DNA from: Haplodiscus bocki
Taxonomy: Eukaryota
Direction: 5' to 3'
Assembly: GCA_965655095.1 (NCBI GenBank)
Contig: OZ296651.1
Coordinates: 64,046,001 to 64,110,000, forward strand
DNA length: 64,000 nucleotides
Each line of letters opens with the position of its first letter. Within the stretch, counting starts at the first letter, position 1. A model generated the notes under the pieces. It worked only from the letters and a program-made list of their open reading frames with translations, searched no databases and had not been told where the DNA came from. A program made the translations under genes and the position numbers. Shown here piece by piece: positions 51,501 through 64,000 of this stretch.

Positions 51501-54306
51501 CTGCATTTTTTTCTCTGTTAGGATGATTCAACTTCGCTCCTTCTTTGGCAAACAGTTTGAATTGCACGTTTCCTTGCATTTGAGGACCATAATTCTTGTT
51601 GTTGCATTTCCCATTGCAAGTACAAATAATCAAGGGCTGCCTCTCAAAAGAGACCAGATTGCTTGCACCCACAATTGTAATTCTCGTTGCCCTTTACTGA
51701 ACTGAAAGAATGATTGCAGGCTAAATATCTTGGAAGACAATACCGTTGTTAAATCAGAGTGTACCTCACACTACCAGCTGTAGGAATGTTTTGAAGGTTG
51801 GAAAGAATTAAACGCACTCCCATTAATGCTGAGGTCAAAAACCAAAATTTTAATTTGACCGATCAGATGGTTTCTAAATACAGCGGTTGAATTGAACGAA
51901 AATAATATCAGGCCTCCTGAGTACAGCAAAAACAATCTTATTGAAGAGTTACTCAATTAAAAAGTTTTGAGCGTTTTTTGAAACATCTGAATTAAGACAA
52001 GTTTTTGATTACAACGATTCAAAAATTAACTTCGCCTGGGCAATTTTCTGTTAAAAGTATTCAGCGGTTTATAAAAAATTTGAATTAGGACATATTTATC
52101 ATTACAACTAATACAAAGAACTTCCTAGTAGGCAAAAATGGATTGAAAACAACAATGGTGCATTAGTATAAAGCACAAACAAAAATGAAAGCTACCTCTA
52201 AAACCTAAACCTACAAATTCCATGGAAAATAGTAAATTTGAAAATTCTACTGTTGAAGTTTAAAAGCGTGGAAAGCACAAGGACTACACACGCAAATATA
52301 AAAGTTTCAATTGTTGTGGAAGGCACAAGGCCTAAACATCACTGAACCTTGACAGCGCATGGCTAACTGAGTTATCTGGTTTTTCTCAATTGCTTGAAGA
52401 TGGAGTTACAGCGAATTTCAGGCTAAGTTGTTCCTCACTAAGAGGCTTTTTGGGTGAAAGGGAGCAGACGTGGACCTGCTTGTGCTCCACGGTTGTCCCT
52501 TCTTCATCAGTGGCCGGCTTCAACCAAATAATTAATAAATAATTCGGAAGCCTTGATTCTCTTTGATCGACTTCACTGACTCCTGAACTGTTTCATCTAA
52601 TTGAAATCTGTCTAAAGCGGCGGAGTCAGGCTTTAAACATCTTGCCTGCTTGGAAACAAAGATATCTGTCGATGCGTTAGAGAAGTCTTGAATTAGATCT
52701 CCGTTGTGGACGTCTCGATTGAATTCATGACAGCTAAACTCCACAAGGAGCATCCATATTTTGTCTTGCGACAATTCCCTACAACCACACGGGTCATGGA
52801 AGGTTTGGCTGTCGCAAACGTTCCCAGAACAGCAGTTTTTGGCAATGACAGCCGAATCCACTGGCAGACTCTTGGTGCGAAAACTGTAGAAGTGGAACTC
52901 AGTTGATGTTCCCTCAACATCATAGGGTGGCAAAGTGATAGATGTACTATGTTCCACAGGGACCAATGGCTCTTTCGTCGAAATTAACGGCGTACCCCTT
53001 CAAGAAAGTTGGCCCTCGACATTCTTTTTAATTATGGCCACTTGAAGTCCAGGTCTCAAGGCTTCACTGTGGCGAAAGAGTCGTCGTGACTCTTCACTGT
53101 TTGGCGAAAACGTCACGACATTTGACGTGCCGGGCACTCTAAACACCACGAAACGGTGGTATTTTTCCACTTCTATTCTTTGAGTGGATCCGTACCCACG
53201 ACTCGATTTTGCAAAAGTTAGTTTCTTTGACGGCTGACTTACGTATAACAGATTCGCCTGTACAAGATGCAAACGCGGCGTTTCGCTGTTATTCAACAGT
53301 TCGACTGAAATCGGCTGAAACTTGGATAATAAAGTCTGAGCTTGACTGAGGGATAGCGAGGCTTTAAGAAAATCGGGCTTTTTATCTGGAAAAAATCATA
53401 AGCAATCAAAACCGACTCGAAATTCACGTCGTATCTGCGAAGGCTCAAAACAGTTCCTCCATATTTTCAACTACTTTCTTAGCCACCATTTTCATTAGTA
53501 CCTAAAAGCGCCGAATATTTATGAAGAAGCACATTTTTATTTTGTAGACATTCACAATTATACACACAACTTACCCATTGTCTCCGATTGCTTGTTAAAA
53601 TTTTCATAAGTCAAGTTTATTTACAAATAATAACAGTTTGTACATTTAAAGGATTATGGGAGAAAGTTTGTCAATGTTTCGTGATGAAAAAATGGGTATT
53701 ATTAGCATAGATTTCGAATGCACACAAAAACACCGAAAACATTACTTCTTTCAACAAAAACCGAACCCTCAGTTTTGGAGAGTTCTTTTTTATTTTGTGT
53801 ATTTTCGTTGTTTTTGGTTTTTCGTTTTTTTTTAATTGTTCTTTGTGTGTTTTTTTGGGGGAGGGGGGTTTTTTCTCGGGTTTATGTATTTTTGTTATTT
53901 TCCAATTTTTTGTTTGAGCCAGGAGGCAGGTTGTTTTGAGCACAGCTAATTTTGAAGAAGGTGAGATGAATTCAAGAAGTGGAAATGGGAAGAAGGACAA
54001 ATCGCTTCCCCAAGTTAAGCTGGCAATCCTGTTGAACAGGCCGGGACTCCTTTTGTAAGCTTCCTTGTTCTCCTGCAGCCCAGAGAGACCTGTTGTAACA
54101 AGAATTAAGGAAACACAAGTAGCAAACAAAATGGAAAGAGGCGGTCAGTTTAAGCCACAAGTGGCTTAAACTGACGAAGCAGCGGAACGAAGCAGAAAAA
54201 GAAAGATGTTTCAGATTTTGCCGAATTATCGCACAATTTTGCCTACAGTTTGTTTTAAGAGATCACTTGTTTGATGAGCACTATCGTTAATTTTAAAGGA
54301 GGCGTT

Positions 54307-54834
54307 TTAGAGATGTAAGTATTTAAAATTGTCTTCCAAAACTCGATTGTTTTGGACATCCAAATCACAAATGAATTGTCTCGGTCGGTCCCCAGGTTTT
54401 CTTGATGTTCCCAATGGCAACTTCTTTTTGTCTTCTTTTCTCTTTCGAACTAAAATTACAACAAAACGGCAAGGATACTTCTTTTCCAGATCTTTCAATG
54501 AAATTTTAACTTGATCACGAGACATCACTGGCAAACTTTCCTTTTCTAAGTGCGGCGGCAACGTTTACGAGTTCATCATGGTGTTATGAAAAATTATCAC
54601 TGTGTTAGGATTGAAACTTGAAGCATCATTGAATAACTTATCTGCATTTTTTTCTCTGTTAGGATGATTCAACTTCGCTCCTTCTTTGGCAAACAGTTTG
54701 AATTGCACGTTTCCTTGCATTTGAGGACCATAATTCTTGTTGTTGCATTTCCCATTGCAAGTACAAGTAATCAAGCGCTGCCTCTCAAAAGAGACCAGAT
54801 TGCTTGCACCCACAATTGTAATTCTCGTTGCCAT
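54307..54834 (-). pseudogene. SGNH-like gene copy in unit 3, retaining the ATG start
   Basis: MATRITIVGASNL; the other copies have AGG at this codon. The same internal TAA is present. Confidence 0.45.
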
Positions 54835-55811
54835 TTACTGAACTGAAAGAATGATTACAGGCTAAATATCTTGGAAGACAATACCGTTGTTAAATGAAAG
54901 TGTACCTCACACTACCAGCTGTAGGAATGTTTTGAAGGTTGGAAAGAATTAAACGCACTCCCATTAATGCTGAGGTCAAAAACCAAAATTTTAGTTTGAC
55001 CGATCAGATGGTTTCTAAATACAGCGGTTGAATTGAACGAAAGTAATATCAGGCCTCCTGAGTACAGCAAAAACAATCTTATTGAAGAGTTACTCAATTA
55101 AAAAGTTTTGAGCGTTTTTTGAAACATCTGAATTAAGACAAGTTTTTGATTACAACGATTCAAAAATTAACTTCGCCTGGGCAATTTTCTGTTAAAAGTA
55201 TTCAGCGGTTTATAAAAAATTTGAATTAGGACATATTTATCATTACAACTAATACAAAGAACTTCCTAGTAGGCAAAAATGGATTGAAAACAACAATGGT
55301 GCATTAGTATAAAGCACAAACAAAAATGAAAGCTACCTCTAAAACCTAAACCTACAAATTCCATGGAAAATAGTAAATTTGAAAATTCTACTGTTGAAGT
55401 TTAAAAGCGTGGAAAGCACAAGGACTACACACGCAAATATAAAAGTTTCAATTGTTGTGGAAGGCACAAGGACTACACATCACTGAACCTTGACAGCGCA
55501 TGGCTAACTGAGTTATCTGGTTTTTCTCAATTGCTTGAAGATGGAGTTACAGCGAATTTCAGGCTAAGTTGTTCCTCACTAAGAGGCTTTTTGGGTGAAA
55601 GGGAGCAGACGTGGACCTGCTTGTGCTCCACGGTTGTCCCTTCTTCATCAGTGGCCGGCTTCAACCAAATAAATAATAAATAATTCGGAAGCCTTGATTC
55701 TCATTGATCGACTTCACTGACTCCTGAACTGTTTCATCTAATTGAAATCTGTCGAAAGCGGCGGAGTCAGGCTTTAAACATCTTGCCTGCTTGGAAACAA
55801 AGATATCTGTC

Positions 55812-58800
55812 GAAATGCCAGTAACGCCTGATAATGCGCATTCTCCTCAGCCTTATCTGATGCCATCAACATCACGAATGTATCCTCCTAGCCTCAAATC
55901 CACCTAGCCAACATTTAACTCCAATTCAACAGTTTATCCACAATTGCCGGATAACCGGGAATAAGGAACCTAAAAACAACTGTTCCCAGCATGATCATCC
56001 TCACCCACATTCTGTGCTCTGAACTCTCACCCGACAAGGGTTTAAACTCTAAAACTTCACATTTTGCATCTATTTATCCCCTTTTGCTGATGTGTTTTGT
56101 ATAATGCGGAGCTTACTAGGTTTATACTCTGCTTTCACTTTTTTTTGTTGCAGATCACCATGACCAAGTGTCACGAAATTTATCCCAACTGCATTTGGCA
56201 TATTCCACGTGAATGGAACAGCTTGAATTACTTACTATTCAGCACTTCTCACAAAAGTTTACTGGAGCTACTCTACCAACATAGTCCGTGTTTGCTTCAC
56301 TCCACTTTTCCTACAACTTCGAAAGTAGATGTCAGGAGAAAAGTCAACAAACGGGTTCATTTTGGGTGCAAGGCATGGCCGGTCTTTACCAAATTCCATG
56401 CCACCTTTCCCTTATAGGTTCCGACCCTTTACTTGACTATTTACTTTCCCATCTTCCTACCCATTTTCCATCACACATTTTTCACTACATTGTTTTTGAA
56501 AATTCTAATAATGCGTCTCAATTCAATCGGCTCTTCTGTTTCTTCTTTCCATTCTGACCATTCAACCTATTTTTCTGGAACATTTCTATAATTTACTTTA
56601 TTTTTGTGCAATCCCAAAATCTTACCACACGGACGGGCACAGCACAGTATTGAAGACCGGCGACGGCTAAATTGCCACCGACGGCCGGCAAGGGAGCTCG
56701 GAGGCTTTAAATCCTGATGAAACGACCGAAAATGGCAAGCAACTCCAGCTGCTCCCGTCTTTCCGCAATAGTCCAGGCGAGGAACAGCTGCAGACACTGC
56801 AAATTTTTTAGCCGGTTGTACACTGGGACGAAGCCTTCATCCGGCAGATGATTCTTTCGATGAATCTCTTGTACTCTCATATCTTCTTCCTTTACTTAAC
56901 TATTTGGCTCTTTTTCCTTTCGATGGATCCTTTGCATTCCTCCTATTCTTTCCGCCTATCCGAACCTGACGCCTACCCTACACACAGGACACGTATTTCA
57001 ACCCCAAAAACGGTACTACGACAAGCGTAGTAGAATGAAGAAGACGGAAGCAAAAAAAAATCGAATTGACCAAATATTATTTTTTTAATCCCATTTTTCT
57101 TAAAATGTTTTTTATTTTAATTATTTCTTCCCTAAAGAAACCTAGTAATAGAATAGTAAAATAATTATATAGTACATACTTGAAACAGCAATGAAAGTAC
57201 CTGACGACTTTGTTCTGAGGTTTGCTATGATTCGATGTATGTGAAATTTGACGGACAAATGAAATCATTCAAACGAATTGAACTGACATACGATTCAACA
57301 ACCATTCTGATTCATACTCGAACTGAAACAGGATTGGAAGAGGTGTACAAGCGCCCGTCCGCTTCGCCCTGTCTCTATCATTTGCGCAACCTCCTCTTCT
57401 TTAATATCTATATTCTGGGTGACATGGTTTGTGGAAACAAGGACCTTATCATCTAGATGACACTTATTCTTCTCAACATTGACGATCAACAACGAATCAT
57501 TGAGAGCCTAATCTTCAATAACACGACAAAGGAATGAAAATCATCACCAAATCGACCAGCGACGAACATATATCAACCTTTGTCTGCACCCTTGGATCCT
57601 CTCACTACGCATTCATCGTAGCCCTCTTCAAAAATCCCCCACCAGTTACAAATTGTCAGGATGGAAATTTCTAGATGACAACCATCTTCCTCGAAATAAA
57701 TGACGAGTATTACATCAATTGCCTAACCTACAATCTTACAACTGATTGTTCAAAATTGACTCAGCAAATATCGAGACTTGGGGAATAAGTTGTCTTCCAG
57801 AATCATCGAAGTTTGCATTTATCGAGTCTTTTCAAGAACCCTGCAACCAATTTTATGAGCATAAACCGGACCATTTAAACAATATATACCCCAACTACAA
57901 CGTGAATGAACCCACTATAAATAACTCTGAATCGACCTGGTGATTACAAGACGCATCTGACTTACTTTCGCTGCTAGTGGACATCAATTTCACTCTGAGG
58001 AGAACACTTCATAATTACTATCTTTGGGATACGTTGATTGAAGTCCTTTACAAGTCAAACTTCGGGCTCTTGGGAATCTGCTCGCGATAATCCTTATTTC
58101 CATAACAGTCGGAGAGGAAGAGATCGCCAACCTCTTTGTGACCTTAAAGATCTCCAAAACATTGGACAAACGGGAAACCGAAGTTGGACGATCTTCTGGG
58201 TTATATGGACAAAGAACCTTAGGAGATTTAACGAGCTGTCACACATAACTATCCTGCACGCTTTTTTCTATCTTTTTGACATTTGAACTCAATATATATC
58301 AAGTGCCTCTGGCAGCACCCTTCTACTAGCAACAAAATGGAGTTCACGAAAATTGAGTGGAGCGGAATATCTTACCCAATTGTAATAACAACCCATAGCT
58401 TGAGACACTTTAACGAGGAACCTGGAGAATACCAATTAGGCCAAGGAGTGAAACGTTAACGATTCTCTCACCAGCCCTGCAAGATTTCACAAAATTTCAG
58501 CACTTCCTAACACTCATCCTCTAACCAGAAACATAGTTAAAGAGCTCCTTAGACAATGTCAATCTTCGGTCTCTGATGGTAATCCCAGTGATTGAACATC
58601 CTCTAAAATATTCGGCGATGATGCTATTTCTTTTCCAAATCCTCGTGTTGTGTTCCGAGGTTGTTCACAGTTCAGCTCCAGACGCAGACCAGGTTGCAAT
58701 GAACTCACTTTGATTGTGGCGCAATGACAGAAAACACCCTCCACGCTCTCAACCAGGTAAGACAATGCCACATTACACCTGAAGAACTGGAAAACAATCA

Positions 58801-61800
58801 GACCCGAATCATACTCTACACTAAGTATTTCTGGAAACAATTGAATGCAACAAAATGTCGAATACAGCATCAGCGAGAAAAATCGCATTGTGGACACAAT
58901 GATCACAGTAGTATTGACCACACCATTGCTGGAACTACTGGCGACTTAGTGATATCACCCGAACAATGTCGCTCTTTCAAAAGGCAAGATTATCTGGCTG
59001 ATCTCTTTTTGGGAGTTGAATACGCTACAGAAGATTCCGTCGTGATGGTGTAGATAGTCTCAAGAATGACGATAATTGAACCATTACGACAAAAGAGTTT
59101 GGTTTACACGTGATACATTCCTCCTTCGCATGCAAAGAGCGACTGCGAAGGTCAGATTGTCCCTCTCGGAAAGTTTTATCCGATTCAGCTCACGTATTGC
59201 CTTGTGCTTTGGAAGAGTTACGTTAAGTGACAGTTTCATTGGACCCCTATGCCTAAATATGGGACTACCCTGAGAACAGTGTTTTGTCAGTCCGTCCAAC
59301 CGAAGACGTCAATATGGTGAAACAAGGAACAAAGTATTTTTTCAATAGTCGACCCGATCCAACAACTAAGTTTGTAATGGTAGTTAAAAATAATCAACAT
59401 AGACGTTGCGGAAAGCCAATGGATATCTTCCCTACGACTTATGACTCAATCAATATAGCAATAATTGGCGAAGGCTTGGACTTGAGATCTGAGAAGAACC
59501 TTGGAAAGGAACGATTTGGTGCCATTCAATTTTTACAGTATTTTGCGCCCACCGACAACAATGGATTTGCTCAACTCTATGCCTTCGACCCAAAACAAAC
59601 GTCCCACTAAACGAGCGATGAGGATATGTATCTGAATATCGACTACGACATGCACATGGGAACAAAACTGGATTATATATTCTTTCAGAGTTCAAGACTA
59701 CTTCAGGCTTCCGAAATTCCTTTTCTAAAAACCAATGCGAGCAGGAAGGAACCCAGATCCGCGCAATTCTGATCCTGTCTCTGCAAAACGCCTTTCCAGC
59801 AGGCTATATGCTTACCCAAAACCGCTCAATGTTCGAAACTAATGGCAGCCTAGCTTGGCTCTAACACTGCCCGTTGGTGGCTTCGCCATTTCATACCATG
59901 AACCAGTGTTACAGCCGAAAACCGATACGCTACGAAGGCCAAATCCAATTCGTTGGCCCTATCACGGGGCAAACTCACCAAGTTGTGCACGGGTGAATAG
60001 GTGATTACGGGGAGGGAGTTGTTCGATACTGTAATCAATTGGTAAATTTTGATGTTTTCCTCACCGGGAACTTTCACCTGAAGATGCCAATTTACTTGAT
60101 ATTGAGTTACTTACCTGTTGTTGATGACATACCCCTACGTGGCGGGCGTTGGGCTGTAGATGTCAACTATGTACAAGATTGTTGGAAAGAAGAGACCATG
60201 CCAAATTTACATTTCCACAGAAAAAAACTATTGTATACTTATGGACAACTACTTACCATTATGTGAAATTATTTATTCTAATTGCAATCGGAGGCATGTT
60301 TTTTAGCGCAATAGTTAAAAAAACTCAGCTTAACTGTGCTTAATAGCAAAACAGTTTCACCAGAGATCAACACTTAGCTTAGCCCTATAACTCACTGTTA
60401 GGTAAAAAAGGTTGACCGAAAAACTGTATTTTTTGTCGTATCTTTTTAGAGTTTGAATCATGGCAAGTAACTGAAGGCACAAGGACTACAAGTTTCTTGA
60501 CCATGACAGCGCAAATAATTTTTGGAGTTTGAGTCAAGGCCAGTGTTGGAAGGCACACGGACTGCACATCACTGAACCTTGACAGCGCATGGCTAACTGA
60601 GTTATCTGGCTTTTCTCAATTGCTTGAAGATGGAGTTACAGCGAATTTCAGGCTAAGTTGTTCCTCACTAAGAGGCTTTTTGGGTGAAAGGGAGCAGACG
60701 TGGAACTGCTTGTGCTCCACTGTTGTCCCTTCTTCATCAGTGGCCGGCTTCAACCAAATAATTAATAAATAATTCGGAAGCCTTGATTCTCATTGATCGA
60801 CTTCACTGACTCCTGAACTGTTTCATCTAATTGAAATCTGTCTAAAGCGGCGGAGTCAGGCTTTAAACATCTTGCCTGCTTGGAAACAAAGATAGCTGTC
60901 GATGCGTGAGAGAAGTGTTGAATTAGATCTCCGTTGTGGACGTCTCGAGTGAATTCATGGCAGCTAAACTCCTTAAGGAGCATCCATATCTTGTCTTGCG
61001 ACGATTCCCTACAACCACACGGGTCATGGAAGGTTTGGCTGTCGCAAGCGTTCCCAGAGGAGCAGTTTTTGGCAATGACAGCCGAATCCACTGGCAGACT
61101 CTTGGTACAAAAACTGTAGAAGTGGAACTCAGTTGATGTTCCCTCAACATCATAGGGTGGCAAAGTGATAGATGTACTATGTTCCACAGGGACCAAGGGC
61201 TCTTTCGTCGAAATTAACGGCGTACCTCTTCAAGAATTCAAGAAAGTTGGCCCTCGACATTCTCTTTAATTATGGCCACTTGAAGCCCAGGTCTCAAGGC
61301 TTCACTGTGGCGAAAGAGTCGTCGTGACTCTTCACTGTTTGGCGAAAACGTCACGACATTTGACGTGCCGGGCACTCTAAACACCACGAAACGGTGGTAT
61401 TTTTCCACTTCTATTCTTTGAGTGGATCCGTACCCACGACTCGATTTTGCAAAAGTTAGTTTCTTTGACGGCTGACTTACGTATAACAGATTCGCCTGTA
61501 CAAGATGCAAACGCGGCGTTTCGCTGTTATTCAACAGTTCGACTGAAATCGGCTGAAACTTGGATAATAAAGTCTGAGCTTGACTGAGGGATAGCGAGGC
61601 TTTAAGAAAACCGGGCTTTTTGTCTGGAAAAAATCATAAGCAATCAAAACCGACTCGAAATTCACGTCGTATCTGCGAAGGCTCAAAACAGTTCCTCCAT
61701 ATTTTCAACTACTTTCTTAGCAACCATTTTCATTAGTACTTAAAAGCGCCGAATATTTATAAAGAAGCACATTTTTATTTCGTAGACATTCACAATTCTA

Positions 61801-64000
61801 TACACAACTTACCCATTGTCTCCGATTGCTTGTTAAAATTTTCATAAGTCAAGTTTATTTACAAATATTAACAGTTTGTACAGTTAAAGGATTATGGGAG
61901 AAAGTTTGTCAATGTTTCGTGATGAAAAAATGGGTAATATTAGCATAGATTTCGAATGCACACAAAAACACCGAAAACTTCACTTCTTTCAACAAAAACC
62001 GGACCCTCAGTTTTGGAGAGTTTTTTTATTTTGTGTATTTTCGTTGTTTTTGGTTTTTCGTTTTTTTTAATTGTTCTTTGTGTGTTTTTTTGGGGGAGGG
62101 GGGTTTTTTCTCGGGTTTATGTATTTTTGTTATTTTCCAATTTTTTGTTTGAGGCAGGTTGTTTTGAGCACAGCTAATTTTGAAGAAGGCGAGATGAACT
62201 CAAGAAGTGGAAATGGGAAGAAGGACAAATCGCTTCCCCAAGTTAAGCTGGCAATCCTGTTGAACAGGCCGGGACTCCTTTTGTAAGCTTCCTTGTTCTC
62301 CTGCAGCCCGGAGAGACCTGTTGTAACAAGAATTAAGGAAACACAAGTAGCAAACAAAATGGAAAGAGGCGGTCAGTTTAAGCCACAAGTGGCTTAAACT
62401 GACGAAGCAGCGGAACGAAGCAGAAAAAGAAAGATGTTTCAGATTTTGCCGAATTATCGCACAATTTTGCCTACAGTTTGTTTTAAGAGATCACTTGTTT
62501 GATGAGCACTATCGTTAATTTTAAAGGAGGCGTTTTAGAGATGTAAGTATTTAAAATTGTCTTCCAAAACTCGATTGTTTTGGACATCCAAATCACAAAT
62601 GAATTGTCTCGGTCGGTCCCCAGGTTTTCTTGATGTTCCCAATGGCAACTTCTTTTTGTCTTCTTTTCTCTTTCGAACTAAAATTACAACAAAACGGCAA
62701 GGATACTTCTTTTCCAGATCTTTCAATGAAATTTTAACTTGATCACGAGACATCACTGGCAAACTTTTATTTTCTAAGTGCGGCGTCAACGTTTACGAGT
62801 TCATTATGGTGTTATGAAAAATTATCACTGTGTTAGGATTGAAACTTGAAGCATCATTGAATAACTTATCTGCATTTTTTTCTCTGTTAGGATGATTCAA
62901 CTTCGCTCCTTCTTTGGCAAACAGTTTGAATTGCACGTTTCCTTGCATTTGAGGACCATAATTCTTGTTGTTGCATTTCCCATTGCAAGTACAAGTAATC
63001 AAGGGCTGCCTCTCAAAAGAGACCAGATTGCTTGCACCCACAATTGTAATTCTCGTTGCCCTTTACTGAACTGAAAGAATGATTACAGGCTAAATATCTT
63101 GGAAGACAATACCGTTGTTAAATCAGAGTGTACCTCACACTACCAGCTGTAGGAATGTTTTGAAGGTTGGAAAGAATTAAACGCACTCCCATTAATGCTG
63201 AGGTCAAAAACCAAAATTTTAATTTGACCGATCAGATGGTTTCTAAATACAGCGGTTGAATTGAACGAAAATAATATCAGGCCTCCTGAGTACAGCAAAA
63301 ACAATCTTATTGAAGAGTTACTCAATTAAAAAGTTTTGAGCGTTTTTTGAAACATCTGAATTAAGACAAGTTTTTGATTACAACGATTCAAAAATTAACT
63401 TCGCCTGGGCAATTTTCTGTTAAAAGTATTCAGCGGTTTATAAAAAATTTGAATTAGGACATATTTATGATTACAACTAATACAAAGAACTTCCTAGTAG
63501 GCAAAAATGGATTGAAAACAACAATGGTGCATTAGTATAAAGCACAAACAAAAATGAAAGCTACCTCTAAAACCTAAACCTACAAATTCCATGGAAAATA
63601 GTAAATTTGAAAATTCTACTGTTGAAGTTTAAAAGCGTGGAAAGCACAAGGACTACACACGCAAATATAAAAGTTTCAATTGTTGTGGAAGGCACAAGGC
63701 CTAAACATCACTGAACCTTGACAGCGCATGGCTAACTGAGTTATCTGGTTTTTCTCAATTGCTTGAAGATGGAGTTACAGCGAATTTCAGGCTAAGTTGT
63801 TCCTCACTAAGAAGCTTTTTGGGTGAAAGGGAGCAGACGTGGACCTGCTTGTGCTCCACGGTTGTCCCTTCTTCATCAGTGGCCGGCTTCAACCAAATAA
63901 TTAATAAATAATTCGGAAGCCTTGATTCTCTTTGATCGACTTCACTGACTCCTGAACTGTTTCATCTAATTGAAATCTGTCTAAAGCGGCGGAGTCAGGC
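55812..64000 (+). repeat. Second copy of a 14.5-kb tandem segmental duplication (matches 41313 onward), running off the right edge
   Basis: GAAATGCCAGTAACGCC at 55812 equals 41313 (offset 14499). All ORFs recur, for example 41598/56097 and 44230/58724. Confidence 0.97.
58664..59980 (+). pseudogene. Duplicate of the env remnant
   Basis: Near-identical to 44170-45485. Confidence 0.7.

Larger units (their letters stand above)
46050..55811. repeat. Head-to-tail tandem array of a 3132-bp unit (3 units plus a partial fourth)
   Basis: Near-identical ORF sets at offsets of 3132 (46268/49400/52532 and 48034/51166); the third unit is 9 bp longer. Confidence 0.97.

Overview
Eukaryotic, AT-rich, repeat-dense animal-type genomic DNA with no prokaryotic features. 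Bases 1-33 kb hold one intron-rich, plus-strand zinc-finger host gene (candidate exons 5574-32804, splice phases mutually compatible). It is embedded among decayed mobile elements: a Penelope-like retroelement with a degenerate minimal hammerhead ribozyme, split by a MULE transposon; a DINE-1/HINE-like Helentron; an R2-clade retrotransposon (3 zinc fingers + Myb, RT, RLE) lying in a ~175-bp satellite rather than rDNA, with a ~1.9-kb structured 5' leader; and a CR1/L2-type LINE. Bases ~36-45.5 kb hold a large decayed Ty3/gypsy element. It carries a TARG1/OARD1-like macrodomain ahead of RT, ~3 kb of extra ORF remnants after integrase, and a class III (gB/chuvirus-like) envelope gene, and is interrupted by a solo LTR with a 5-bp TSD. 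Next comes a head-to-tail array of a 3132-bp unit carrying two disrupted genes (SGNH-hydrolase-like and an unassigned Cys-motif protein). The whole 41313-55811 block is then tandemly duplicated (14.5-kb period) to the end of the window. All protein assignments come from by-eye motif recognition and manual translation across frameshifts, not from database searches; element boundaries are approximate.
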